Below, one piece after another: positions 25,502 to 36,700 of a stretch of DNA of 64,000 nucleotides. The DNA lies in NCBI GenBank assembly GCA_964645485.1, contig CAZXZO010000001.1, positions 18,203 to 82,202 of the forward strand. Direction: 5' to 3'. This DNA is from an uncultured Candidatus Poseidoniales archaeon (GTDB lineage Archaea; Thermoplasmatota; Poseidoniia; Poseidoniales; Thalassarchaeaceae). Positions within the stretch are counted from its first letter, which is position 1. The number at the start of each line of letters is the position of its first letter. Made by a program: the position numbers and the translations under genes. Under the pieces are notes generated by a model. The model worked only from the letters and a program-made list of their open reading frames with translations. It ran no database searches and was not told the origin of the DNA.

Positions 25502-28500
25502 GTGAGGGGGTCGGGTTCTATGGAGTTGGTTAACAAATCACGAAAGCAAACAATACTTGCACTTTTGATAGTGCCATTACTTTCATCATTTCCTGTGCTT
25601 GGGGAGCCTCCACCAGGTACTCCTGAAGTAACTAATACCTATTGTCAAACTTGGAATAACGGAACTGGAATTTGTGATGATTACAATTTTGCTCATGATT
25701 TAACTCAGTCTAACGAATGGGTGCGTTCTAATTATAAATTTGAGATGCACAATACCACAACAATTACCATGACTCTTGAGTGGGAAATGCATGAGTTTAA
25801 TCGTTCCTTAATTGGTCTTGAGGACATGGAATTAGGTGGTAGTTTTGATGAAAATAGCAGCGGCGCACCAGTAGATTATATTCGAAATTATCTCGGCTAC
25901 ACAACAAATTCAGGTTTACAGGTGCGACAACTCATCCTCAACGAATTTTCATCCACGGTAGAGGGTTTAGTGAACGAAACCTATGGCGGTTCTGCTCAAG
26001 TAGAGAGCCAAATCGTTAATCAGGTGACAATTGAAGGACAGAATATAGCCTGCACGGATGATATGAATGAGGATTCAATTGACGAAGTTTTAGGATTAGC
26101 AAATAATGCGTTTAATCCGCCTCTGTGTTTACAGTCAGTAGCACAAATCCAAGTTGGATCAGATATTCTAGGGGTTACGGGCTCACAACTCGATGTAGAG
26201 AGGGGCTTCCGAGGATTACTTACTATGGGCGCAGAAATAACCTCCAACTTCACTTTAGTGTCAAGAGCGGGGCATCGTTCCACATTTGAGTTAATTCCAC
26301 CAGATTACGCTTCATTCTTATCGGTTGGTGGCGGTGGTAGTTTAGTCCCACATCAGCAAGGAAATATCCAGTACAACTCTGGTTCTTGGGTTACCGATGG
26401 GCTAGGTATGCAAGGGAATACAAATACTCTGATAAATGCCTCAATTACCAGTATCTTGCGCGATGGTACGACCAATGCAGTATCTATTGACGAGAATGTG
26501 GACCATGGAATCTCTATTCATGCTGAAGTAGACCTAAGAGATTCAATCAATAGTAGAGTAAGTGCTGAAATGGACATACATTACCTACCTAAATCAATAT
26601 TAGACGATTGGGGTTTTTCTCTTGGTGATGGTAATATAGAATTACCTTGGATTACCAGTGATGGTATTCGGATGGCCCATGAATATGGGTTACTAGATTT
26701 AGATGAATTCTCCAACATGATTCCATTGGAAGATGTCGAGGCAGCGGTTTACAGTGCTTCTGAAATTGAAATTGGAATGAAGCCTGTAACTTGGAAAGAA
26801 CCCGATGCTTCTAGAGGCTTGAATTTCACTCATACACCAAGTGTTACTTGTGCAGAATCGGCACCGGTAACTCATTGTCTTAGTGGAGGTAGTGCTATGG
26901 ATGGCACCTTCCCGGTAACTTTGGTCACGGCAAGTGAACCATTTCCGGCAGACCCTTTAGAGAAACTCACAGAATTAATTTCAAGACAGGATGGATTAGA
27001 AAATGTAACATCAATAACCCAAGATGATGTTTCAGCATTACTCTCAGTACTAGTGTACCAACATCAGTTAGATACATCTTTCATTTCCGATAGTATCCCC
27101 GATTGGTTACCACCTACCCAATTAGAAGTCACAATATTACTTCCTGATTGGATTGCCTCTGATGATGGTGACCCGCATTCAATCACTCTTACAGCATCTA
27201 GTGCAAGAGGTGAGGAAACTCCGTTGGCAATAACTGCACCAAACCCCTATCATCGTCGTTGGAGTAGACCAATTTGTGATGTTTCTGCAGCATGTAGTGA
27301 TTCAAGTCCAGATTTAATTTGTCAATCAGATTGGCGCTCTTGTATCAAGATACACACCTCTCTAAATCTGCCTGAATTCGAGATTCATGAATGGAGCCAA
27401 GAAATTGAATTTGCCGTCGAAGGTCAAATATCAATTGAGTTGTATAGGATTGAAATTCCACAAGTTCTGATTGAAGATACAGGCGTGGATATCAAAACTA
27501 TGCCAGCAGATTCAATCCGTCACATAATCGCATATGGAGATGAACACGAAGGTGGAATCAATGGATTACTGGGTAAAACAATCGAAGTACCCTTAGGAGA
27601 TGAAGTTCATCATCTTGAACTCTCAAATGATGGTTTACAAGCATTTGCAAATTCACTGAGTGATATGATTAATGATGAAATTTCTACTATGCAACACTCA
27701 GATGATCTACTGACTGTTGACCTTTCCAATCTACGTGTTTCAGCCTCAGTTGACAGAATGGAAAGGCCGTATAATGGAATTATTGATGACGATAAACCAC
27801 TAAAATTCATTCTACAATTAGATAAAACCATTATCAGAGCGAAATATCTTGATGGCTCAATATCTGTCAGCACATCCTCAGCACATGGGGTGGTACCATC
27901 ATTGATGGGTGGAATGTTAGATGTATTCAATATTAGAAATGCTGCAGAATCAGATGGGGTTGTCACATTACCACCTGAGCCTGTAGTTGAACAAATATCA
28001 CCCATGTACATGGTGAAGGATATTGATAGTGGAACTGATTCAAATATGGATGGGAATTTGAACAATGACCGAGATATGGATATCCGCCCGGCTTTGGTTT
28101 TTGAGTTAACCATGCCTAAAGGCTTGGAGTTGGAATTCACATCATCATTAGGCAGGGATGAGCAGAGCACCGTTGATGGTGACCGGCAGCATATTTTGTA
28201 TCGGGTACCACTTTGTGTCGGTGAAAATGCCAATGATTGTGATCTTGAGCAAAGTGACGAAATCTCACTGCAATTCACAGTAGGTTACGGTTTCTTGATT
28301 CAAGAATTGTTATCATATTTGATTGGTCTCTTAGCAATAATTTTCCTGTTATTCTACTGGCGTTCAAGACGTAAAAAGGAAAAGCGCGCAGCCAAACAAG
28401 AGAAACTAATTCAGATTCGTTCAGTCAAGTCAAATACCTACGAGGTTGAAAGAGAATTACTAGGTGTTTCCCCGGTGAGTATGGGGGCAGAAAGTGGGAC

Positions 28501-28549
28501 AGACATTGACTGGACCGCTGGACTTGATTTAAACGATGATAATTGGTGA
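25502..28549 (+). CDS. Large secreted protein with C-terminal membrane anchor, unknown function
   Basis: 1015 codons, signal peptide, C-terminal TM followed by a basic tail. Confidence 0.8.
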   Translation: MRGSGSMELVNKSRKQTILALLIVPLLSSFPVLGEPPPGTPEVTNTYCQTWNNGTGICDDYNFAHDLTQSNEWVRSNYKFEMHNTTTITMTLEWEMHEFNRSLIGLEDMELGGSFDENSSGAPVDYIRNYLGYTTNSGLQVRQLILNEFSSTVEGLVNETYGGSAQVESQIVNQVTIEGQNIACTDDMNEDSIDEVLGLANNAFNPPLCLQSVAQIQVGSDILGVTGSQLDVERGFRGLLTMGAEITSNFTLVSRAGHRSTFELIPPDYASFLSVGGGGSLVPHQQGNIQYNSGSWVTDGLGMQGNTNTLINASITSILRDGTTNAVSIDENVDHGISIHAEVDLRDSINSRVSAEMDIHYLPKSILDDWGFSLGDGNIELPWITSDGIRMAHEYGLLDLDEFSNMIPLEDVEAAVYSASEIEIGMKPVTWKEPDASRGLNFTHTPSVTCAESAPVTHCLSGGSAMDGTFPVTLVTASEPFPADPLEKLTELISRQDGLENVTSITQDDVSALLSVLVYQHQLDTSFISDSIPDWLPPTQLEVTILLPDWIASDDGDPHSITLTASSARGEETPLAITAPNPYHRRWSRPICDVSAACSDSSPDLICQSDWRSCIKIHTSLNLPEFEIHEWSQEIEFAVEGQISIELYRIEIPQVLIEDTGVDIKTMPADSIRHIIAYGDEHEGGINGLLGKTIEVPLGDEVHHLELSNDGLQAFANSLSDMINDEISTMQHSDDLLTVDLSNLRVSASVDRMERPYNGIIDDDKPLKFILQLDKTIIRAKYLDGSISVSTSSAHGVVPSLMGGMLDVFNIRNAAESDGVVTLPPEPVVEQISPMYMVKDIDSGTDSNMDGNLNNDRDMDIRPALVFELTMPKGLELEFTSSLGRDEQSTVDGDRQHILYRVPLCVGENANDCDLEQSDEISLQFTVGYGFLIQELLSYLIGLLAIIFLLFYWRSRRKKEKRAAKQEKLIQIRSVKSNTYEVERELLGVSPVSMGAESGTDIDWTAGLDLNDDNW

Positions 28550-28571
28550 ATAAAAAGAAAATTACCTTTCT

Positions 28572-30791
28572 TCAAATAAGACGCATAGCATCGTGTAATT
28601 TGTGTTGTAATTGGATGTACGCACTTGCACATTCTGCCATGCCAAATCGGTGCAAGGCTTCTTGCCAGAATTTTACCCGCTGTCTAGAATCAACCAAACC
28701 GCGCCAATACCAGTGCTGGGCAGATAGCCGCCTTGCTGTGGTTGTACCCATATCGGGTGGGTGTTCAACACCTGCTAAAATTTCTCCAATATCAGGGTCC
28801 TTTTGTTGGTGAGCATGGTTTACCAATAAGAGCCCCAGTGCACATCTTCTAAGTGGATTGCTTGTTCGTGAAATAAGGCTCATCACACGGGTTGGGTCAC
28901 CCCCAAAGACTAGGGCTGCACGGGCAGACATTTCCTCTATCACGGGGTCATCCGGGCTTGAGGTAGTGGCTAAATCAGTTCGAATTTTTGCTGCCACTTC
29001 TGGATTTCCTGCTTCCAAGGATAATGCATGACGAATAGAAGCAATAGTGACTAAAGCTGCTTTTCGATTGTTTGCTGTCAAAGAAGATACATCAACCTTT
29101 GAAATCTCAAGTTCAACAGAATCACGGGTTTTTTCGTCACTTGTTCCAGGTAGTCTATCTTCTAGTCCAAGGATTAAACGATTTAGCCGAATTTTTGCCC
29201 CAAGAGTTGGGTCTGCTTCTTTGAGGATTAATTCTTCTGCTTTACTTGCTTCATCAAATTCTCCTCGCAATCTCTTGGTTCGAGCACTCAGTAATCCCCA
29301 CTGTGCATCCTTTTGAAGGTCTTTATCACATCTGCTCAGTTCTTTTTCAGCGATTTCACCCTCGCCTCTTTCGATTGCAACTTTTGCCGATAAGAGGCGT
29401 AAACGGTGTGCGCTTGGAAGTATGCGGATGGCGTCTGAAATGATTGCAGCCGCGGCAGCGGAATCAATTGTTAGGATATCTTGAATCCCGTTTTCTAGAG
29501 AGTTAGAAACCTCTTCTGCAGATTCTGAATTTGCTGCTTGAACTCGATGATATGCCTCATGTAATCTCGCCTCTGGCTCAATTCTTTCCGCCCAATATTT
29601 CGCAGCCAGAGAATGAATATCCCTCGCTTCCTTCTCATTCCACATTGTTCGACGAACATTCCTTACTAGGTGTTGGAGTTCAAGCGATTCTCCACTCCAG
29701 CGTAACAAAGCCGCCTCGTCTAGAGGTTCAACTCCTTCATCGTTGGCCATTTGGTCAGCCAAAATTGGTAGAGGTGAGGCGGCCAATTCATCTAAAGTTG
29801 TGATTTCTTCGGAAGGAAGTTTTTCCACTACATCAGTGCGAATAAATTCTTGAATTCGGTCATCCGCTTCTGGAAGAGAATGGCCTGGTTGCCATAGTTT
29901 CAGTGCTAATGGATGGCCACCAAGACCACTAATCACTTGTTGAGCAGTAGTATCATCTAAGTCTTCAGGAAGTAACTTTCTAGCATCATCAACTGAGATT
30001 TCATCCACTTTGAATTCACTCTCAACAGAAATTGGAGAGGGGGCTCTACATCCTATTGCGATAGTGACATCATCACTCTTTGCTAACATCTCAATCAAAG
30101 CCATTACATCGGCTTTGTGACGCTCATGCACTGCTTGTAATTCATCGACTACAAACAGAGTTTTCTTAGAAGTATCAGAGACTGCAGAAAACGCTGCCGC
30201 GACATCTTTTGGACCATTTTCAATATCTAATAACTCAGATGAAAACTTACCAACATCATGGAATGATTGCATTGTTATCCAGTTTACATTCCAGCCATCC
30301 GAAAGGGCACTTTCTGCTACCACCCTGAGCAGTGAAGTTTTACCAATTCCTGGAAGACCCACAACTTGTATTGTGGCCCCATTTTCTAATTCATTAATCA
30401 AAGCATGAAGCAAGTCTTCTCTGCCGTGAATATCTGTTAGCGGCGGTATTTGACCATGGATTTCCCCAGATGTATCAGTCTCATGTTCGGGTTCTAATTT
30501 TGCTACAATTTTTCTGCCCTTTTCAGTAATATGAACCACTGTTCGTTTGCGGTGTCCCCCACCAATCACATGGGTTTTTCGAGTGTGCACCAAACCTTCC
30601 TTTTCTAGTGAAGAAATAGGTGGATTCAGTGCTGAGCGTACAACCCCTAACCTGTCGGCTAAACCTGGCAAAGAGAGTTCGCGTGGCACATCCCAAGCAT
30701 CCTCTAAAGTGTCTTGAAATGTAGACAGAAGCCGCAGAAGTCTGGTCTGCGCTTCGGTGAGCATGAATTGCGAGGTAAGGCGTGGGTTCAT
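28572..30791 (-). CDS. Winged-helix plus STAND-type P-loop ATPase with helical C-terminus; likely start 30764
   Basis: wHTH (LSLPGLADRLGVVRSAL), Walker A GLPGIGKT, Walker B FVVDELQ, GGHPLAL (GxP). Confidence 0.8.
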   Translation of the reverse strand: MNPRLTSQFMLTEAQTRLLRLLSTFQDTLEDAWDVPRELSLPGLADRLGVVRSALNPPISSLEKEGLVHTRKTHVIGGGHRKRTVVHITEKGRKIVAKLEPEHETDTSGEIHGQIPPLTDIHGREDLLHALINELENGATIQVVGLPGIGKTSLLRVVAESALSDGWNVNWITMQSFHDVGKFSSELLDIENGPKDVAAAFSAVSDTSKKTLFVVDELQAVHERHKADVMALIEMLAKSDDVTIAIGCRAPSPISVESEFKVDEISVDDARKLLPEDLDDTTAQQVISGLGGHPLALKLWQPGHSLPEADDRIQEFIRTDVVEKLPSEEITTLDELAASPLPILADQMANDEGVEPLDEAALLRWSGESLELQHLVRNVRRTMWNEKEARDIHSLAAKYWAERIEPEARLHEAYHRVQAANSESAEEVSNSLENGIQDILTIDSAAAAAIISDAIRILPSAHRLRLLSAKVAIERGEGEIAEKELSRCDKDLQKDAQWGLLSARTKRLRGEFDEASKAEELILKEADPTLGAKIRLNRLILGLEDRLPGTSDEKTRDSVELEISKVDVSSLTANNRKAALVTIASIRHALSLEAGNPEVAAKIRTDLATTSSPDDPVIEEMSARAALVFGGDPTRVMSLISRTSNPLRRCALGLLLVNHAHQQKDPDIGEILAGVEHPPDMGTTTARRLSAQHWYWRGLVDSRQRVKFWQEALHRFGMAECASAYIQLQHKLHDAMRLI

Positions 30792-32548
30792 TGCCCTTCA
30801 CCTTCCCCGATTGTCTAATGTCAGTGGATGCATCCAAGTTGCATCTGCCCTCAAAGCCGGGTGTTTATCTCTTCAAACGTGAAGATGGGATAGTCCTCTA
30901 TGTTGGAAAGGCAACAGTATTGAAAGAACGAGTGAAATCTTATTTTTCAACTAATCCAGATCGTGATATGATTCCTAAATTAGTACAAGAGGCTGACAAC
31001 ATAGATTGCATTGTGACGCCAAATCCCCGCGAAGCGTTAACATTGGAGCGGGAACTTATTCGTAGCCATAAACCAAAATATAATTCTTTGATGACTGATG
31101 ACAAATCGTATCCGTTTATTGCTATCACCGATGAAGAGGTACCTCGAATAATTTATACTCGGCACCCGCCGAAAAATGCAAGGCTGTGGGGACCATTTCC
31201 AGATGCGGGTGCTGCCAAACGGGTAATCCAACTTTTAAGACAGCAATTTGGGGTGAGGGATTGCCCGACTTTGCTTCCCCAAGGTTGTCTAGCGATGCAT
31301 ATAGGATTGTGTTCGGCCCCTTGCATCGATGCAACAGGATATCAACAACAAGTTGAAGCAGTTACTCAAGTCATGGAAGGCAATGCTGAGTCGCTTCTCA
31401 GCGCCTTACAAACAGAGATGGATTTAGCAAGTGAACAATTGCAATTTGAAGAAGCGGCAAGAAGCCGCGATATAATTTCATCAGTACAGAGAACACTTTC
31501 CCAAAAAGTGGTTTCAAGCAGGTTTTACCAAGATGTTGACGCCATTGGATTTGGTAGCCGTGGCGACATTGGCGCAGTAGTATTTCTGCATGCAAAACAA
31601 GGGATAGTTTCAGGAAAAACTCACTATCCACTATTACATAGAGGAGATATTTCAGAATCAGTTAGTCTCATCTTATCTGAACATTATCAATCGCGACGTC
31701 CTCCAGCAAAAATCCTGACCCCAACTCCAATCGGTCAGCAATTAGAAGATTGGTTGAAAGAACGTCGGGAGGGTGCGATTGAAATTAGAGTTCCAATCCG
31801 TGGTGAATTAGCAACTCTCAGAGCATTAGCAGACCAAAATGCAGATATGCAAGCCCAAAGGTCATTTGACAAGCGTTCGTCAGGAAACCTTGAGAAACAA
31901 TCAGCCAGTGAATGTGCAACTTATTTGGAGGTCGAATCTCTTGACACAGTAGTTTGTTTTGATATGGCTCAACTCCAAGGTAATGAGAAAGTAGGTGCGT
32001 GCATAACTCTACGAAATGGGCGCCCAAACAAGAAGGATTACCGGACATACAAGGTGAAACAGGAAGTTTTTGATGACTTGAGGATGATGAGAGAGGTAGT
32101 AGAGCGGTGGCTTAAACGCCAAGATGAATGGCCAGACCTTCTCTTACTAGACGGGGGAGAAACTCATCTTTCCACCATTTCAGGCTTGCTTGAGGAACAT
32201 GGGTTACAAGACCGGATTCCACTTGGGGCATTGGCCAAAAAGGAAGAGACATTATACCGGCCAAACAAAGATCCATTAGTTCTTGATAGAAGAGGCAGAC
32301 TCCTCGTTTTTGCTCGTGATGAAGCACATCGGTTTGTCAATAAATTTCACAGAAAAAGGCGAGCAAAATCCACCCTAAAAGACCCACTAGAAGTGGTTGA
32401 AGGCTTGGGGGCGAAGAAATTGCAAGCGTTGCTACGACATTTCGGTGGTCGCAAGGGAATTGATGAGGCATCCGTCAAAGCGCTGCAGAAGGTTCCTGGT
32501 ATCGGCAAGGCTCTTGCTGAGAGAATCCATAGCCATCTTCATGACTAA
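30782..32548 (+). CDS. uvrC: Excinuclease ABC subunit C; likely start 30818
   Basis: GIY-YIG (PGVYLF...LYVGKA), UVR domain LQFEEAA, RNase H-like PDLLLLDGG, RDEAHRF, HhH VPGIGKALA. Confidence 0.98.
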   Translation: MGSLPFTFPDCLMSVDASKLHLPSKPGVYLFKREDGIVLYVGKATVLKERVKSYFSTNPDRDMIPKLVQEADNIDCIVTPNPREALTLERELIRSHKPKYNSLMTDDKSYPFIAITDEEVPRIIYTRHPPKNARLWGPFPDAGAAKRVIQLLRQQFGVRDCPTLLPQGCLAMHIGLCSAPCIDATGYQQQVEAVTQVMEGNAESLLSALQTEMDLASEQLQFEEAARSRDIISSVQRTLSQKVVSSRFYQDVDAIGFGSRGDIGAVVFLHAKQGIVSGKTHYPLLHRGDISESVSLILSEHYQSRRPPAKILTPTPIGQQLEDWLKERREGAIEIRVPIRGELATLRALADQNADMQAQRSFDKRSSGNLEKQSASECATYLEVESLDTVVCFDMAQLQGNEKVGACITLRNGRPNKKDYRTYKVKQEVFDDLRMMREVVERWLKRQDEWPDLLLLDGGETHLSTISGLLEEHGLQDRIPLGALAKKEETLYRPNKDPLVLDRRGRLLVFARDEAHRFVNKFHRKRRAKSTLKDPLEVVEGLGAKKLQALLRHFGGRKGIDEASVKALQKVPGIGKALAERIHSHLHD

Positions 32549-32562
32549 TCTGTCTATTAATT

Positions 32563-32799
32563 TTAGATTTCAGCGCCAATCAGGGTACGTGTTTCGGTAA
32601 TCCCTTCAATGGTTCTAATTTTTTCAACTATACAGCGCGTTAGGTCAGCATCATCATCGGCTTCAACTTTTGTGATAATGTCAAACTCACCGAAAACACC
32701 CCAGCGTCCGGTGACGAGTTCAATGCTGTCAAGGGCTACGCGAACATCCCTTTCAAATCCTGCTTTTGTAACAATTAAAACAAATCCAACAGCCATCAT
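32563..32799 (-). CDS. Lrp/AsnC ligand-binding domain protein
   Basis: VFGEFDIITKVE...IRTIEGITETRTLI; no HTH. Confidence 0.9.
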   Translation of the reverse strand: MMAVGFVLIVTKAGFERDVRVALDSIELVTGRWGVFGEFDIITKVEADDDADLTRCIVEKIRTIEGITETRTLIGAEI

Positions 32800-32805
32800 T
32801 TCACC

Positions 32806-33039
32806 TCAGTAATCCACCGCGATTAGAGTCTCAGTCTCACGTACACCGTCTATTTGGCGTAGTTGCTTCATTAGAATAGAAGTCAAATTTTTGGATGTTT
32901 CACATTTGATAATCGCCAGCAAATCATATTCGCCGTAAAGAGCGTGAGTTTCAACAACTTCACTAACCTCAAGAAGGGCTGAATATACCTCTCTTTCGCG
33001 GGCTGGCTCGGTTTTTAGGAGGATGAAAGCCGTCTCCAT
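32806..33039 (-). CDS. Lrp/AsnC ligand-binding domain protein (tandem paralog)
   Basis: LYGEYDLLAII...LRQIDGVRETETLI. Confidence 0.9.
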   Translation of the reverse strand: METAFILLKTEPAREREVYSALLEVSEVVETHALYGEYDLLAIIKCETSKNLTSILMKQLRQIDGVRETETLIAVDY

Positions 33040-33169
33040 GTTTGCCGCCGACTGACCACCCCATCATAACCTCATCTGTTTGTAGAAGGTGCGGTTTGAG
33101 AACTAATTATTGCTCTAAACCACATTGTTCCATGCATGGGTTTATCATCTCACACCTGTATTCGTCTAA

Positions 33170-33619
33170 ATGATGGGAGAATCAGGGACTGATATCATAG
33201 GCCGGCTCGGTGGAAAGGATTTGAATGAAGATGGGAGAATAATCAATCTCGTTATTGTTGGTTCAAGTAGATTTTATGATTTTTCTGTGGTGGAACAAGC
33301 GATTGAAGATTGGACCGAGAAGGAAGCACATCCCGATTTAGTAATCACCGGTGGTGCTAGCGGAGTAGATTACCTAGCCGAGCGTTGGGCTGAGAACAAC
33401 AATGTCCCGCACGCCGCTTTCAGTGAGGAATGGGGTTCTCCAAGAAAGGGATTGCAGGATTCGGGTCGCGATGAAGCACCTACATCTCTTACCCATCGCC
33501 TCCTTGATGCAGCAACAGAACTCATCGCTTTTCCTTCAAGCACAAGTAAGTGGACTAGAATTGTAATTGAGATGGCAGAAGAGCGTGGAATTCCCTTCAC
33601 AGTAGTTGAAGTTGATTGA
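33170..33619 (+). CDS. SLOG family protein (YspA/DUF2493-like)
   Basis: LVIVGSSRF, VITGGASGVDYLAERWA. Confidence 0.8.
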   Translation: MMGESGTDIIGRLGGKDLNEDGRIINLVIVGSSRFYDFSVVEQAIEDWTEKEAHPDLVITGGASGVDYLAERWAENNNVPHAAFSEEWGSPRKGLQDSGRDEAPTSLTHRLLDAATELIAFPSSTSKWTRIVIEMAEERGIPFTVVEVD

Positions 33620-33723
33620 GAAATAATCCAAGAAAAGGGTCAACAGGCCACAAATTTATCTGACTTTCTCTTAATACACAAGAGGGGAATCATCAAACAT
33701 GGTGTGGTTGGCGTGGTTATAGT

Positions 33724-36700
33724 ATGGCCGGAGGTATGAGAACTGCTCTCCTGTTCACTTTGGTGTTAGCCTTCTCATCAGTTGTATCTATATTACCAGT
33801 TGAGGAACATCAAAACTTATCATCCGAAGAGGAATCTCTACCAACTTCCTCTAAGGCACTAATTATCTGGTCAGGGACCATGGATATCAACAATGATTTC
33901 ACTGTTGCTGCCGGTGATGAATTGCGCATTTTTGCTGGAACAACTCTGCAAATGGGGCCAGGCGTTAGAATTTATGTTGATGGCAAAGTAGTAGCAGATG
34001 GTACCGCGGCTGACCCAATTACCATCCAAGTTCAATCAGGATTCACTTGGCACGATGGATTTCAATTTAATTCGTCAAGCCGAAATAGAGGTTCTTCTCT
34101 GCGAAACGTTACCTTCAATGACGCACAATTTGGAATTACAATATTCAACAGCGACCCAGTTATTGAAGATGTTTTATTCAATAATGTTGACTTAGTTGCT
34201 ATTGATTTGTTTGACGGTGCGAATCCGATTATTCGAAGAACCACCTTCGCAGGTGGTGGTCAAGATGTGCATGGAAGCATGACTAATTGGCGTTATGGAA
34301 TTGGGCTATCTATCGGTGCGAGTTCAGCACCATTTGTTGAAGATGTAAATTTCACAAATCAAATCACTCGGGCAATTTCCTACTGGGGAAATAGTGGTGG
34401 TGTCATTCGGGGAGTGAATATCACAGATGTTGGTGGGGCAACAATGAATATTTCAGCCGCAATTTTTGTTGAAGACTCATTGCCCCTGATTGAAGACGTA
34501 TCGATCTCAAAATGTGATAATGGAATTTACATTCTTCATGCAACTGACAGCCTAATTACCCGGCCAGTTTTCAGAGACGTAGTTGTAGGGGATTCACAAT
34601 ACTCTGCAATAATGATGACCAAATCTGACCGTTCCAACTATTCAACCTACATGATGGGGCGTTTCCATAATTTGGAAGTGTTTGGTACAGGTGGACCAAA
34701 CTCATCATCTCCTGGCTTGGCATATGGAACAGTTTTCCTCAACACAAGTGGTGGCTGGTTCGAAGATGTGAACATCCATGATAATACCATCAACGGGATA
34801 AAATTGTACATGACAGACCCAGCTACGAGTTTCATAAACACCTCGATAACTCGCTCTGGTGCCCTCATAGGGGGTACAAATGAGCGTGCAGGTTTCTTCA
34901 TGCGAAGTAGTAGTAATGGTGGTCCATCAATACAAAATCTGACTGTTTCAGAGTCTCCGGGAGTTGGTATTTTTGTGTCTAAGGGGGATGTTAGTGGTTC
35001 AGATTGGGTCACAGAAGATAACGGGAATGAAGGTCTACTTGTTCAGGATGCATTCCCCTCTGTTTCCAACATTTTATCACAAAATAATGGCTTTTCTGGA
35101 TTACGGGTGAGTAATTCCAATAGGCTTGCGTTGCAGAATTTTGAATCTAGACATAATGGCTATTCCGCTCCTAGTGCCCAGAATGGTGCAGGCATGGTTT
35201 TTGTTGAAAGTAATCAATATGGTATGTTTGCTGGAACCAATGTACAATGCGCTCAATGTAAATCAATTGACGATAATTGGGGGGCACTTAGAGTTCAAGA
35301 TTCAGTTGACATTCAGTTTGTAGATTTGGAGGTCAATGACCCGAATGTAGCCCAAGGACAGTCAGCGATTGTTATCGACGATTCGAATATGAATTGGGAT
35401 GGTTGGGTTGATTTTGATGGCGCTGAAATCCATGCAAATTTATCGGCAACCGCACCAGTCATACTGATTGATGACGCAGATGCTAGACTCGAAGGAATCA
35501 ATCTATATGGGAATCATTCAGGAATCCAATGGAGTGGAAGAACTCTTGATTCTAAGATAGGAAACAGCACTTTAGTAGGGAATAACTGTTTATCGCTATC
35601 AAATCTACCAAAATTGAACACATGGGGCTTGGATGTTTCAGGGTGTTCAGGCAGCGTGACGGTTGCTGGAAGCGACCTAAATCTAACTGATTACATTCAG
35701 GGTAGTGTGCCTTTCTCAATTACTGGGCAGAGTTATGTCCGCGCAATTTCAAGTCAAGTGACGATTCCCACATTGGCACCGAGTGTAACCTTTGACGAAA
35801 TGTGGTTTGTTGATTTGTGGGTCGTTAATCAGTTTAGTCATGGATTACCAAATGCAATTGTTAACGCATCTTTTTCACAATTTGAAACTGATTTCTCAAC
35901 AACAGTTCCGTACGGTGGAAACAAAATTCTCGGGCCGTTTGTTGGCCAAAGGCATACATTAACGGGCGCATCTGCAGTGACAGATTTCTCAACAGAATGT
36001 TGGTATGATAATACGCAAGGAACTACTGGTCCAGATGCACTCAATCAAGATTTGATGATGCACTTGTGCACCATTACCCTAGTCAACCAAGCCCCACTAA
36101 TTCTTTGGGACGAGCCTTTGAATGGAACAGTAACCAGTTCAGGCGCGGAAATCTGGTTTAACGCTAGTAACTCATGGGATTTGGATAATGACCCAATCAC
36201 TTTCCAATGGATAAGTGACATTGATGGCGATGCACCTTCATTCTGCGGTGGTTTTGGTAACGGAGTTGTACCCGGCGACTTGTTGGTTAACGGGCCCGAT
36301 ATCCAAGGTCAGTGTACGCTTACAGATGGTGTTCACCAAATCACTCTAGAGGTATGTGACGACCAAGGTAACTGTGCTAGTGAAACTCGCACAATTGAGT
36401 TTGTTAATCTGCCACCCTCAGTCATTGTCCAGACGACACCCCCTCTTGACTGGGACGGGGTACTACGTCTCAATTTCACAGAAAATCTCCATGTTAACGC
36501 AAGTGATACAACTGACGCCGAGGGTGACTTTATTCAGACTGGTGAATGGGCAGACTATGAGCAGGCTGGAATTCAAGTTTCAGCCACCTATCCCCTTGAA
36601 TGGAATAGGACATTTGAGTTGGCTACAAACAGGCAATTCACATACACGATGGCATTCTCTGACGGACTAAATCCGACTGTGTATTACAACATCTCAGTCG

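Noticed and set aside
27610-28278. 222-aa minus-strand ORF
   Set aside because: Antisense shadow inside the 1015-aa gene; Ser-rich, no motifs
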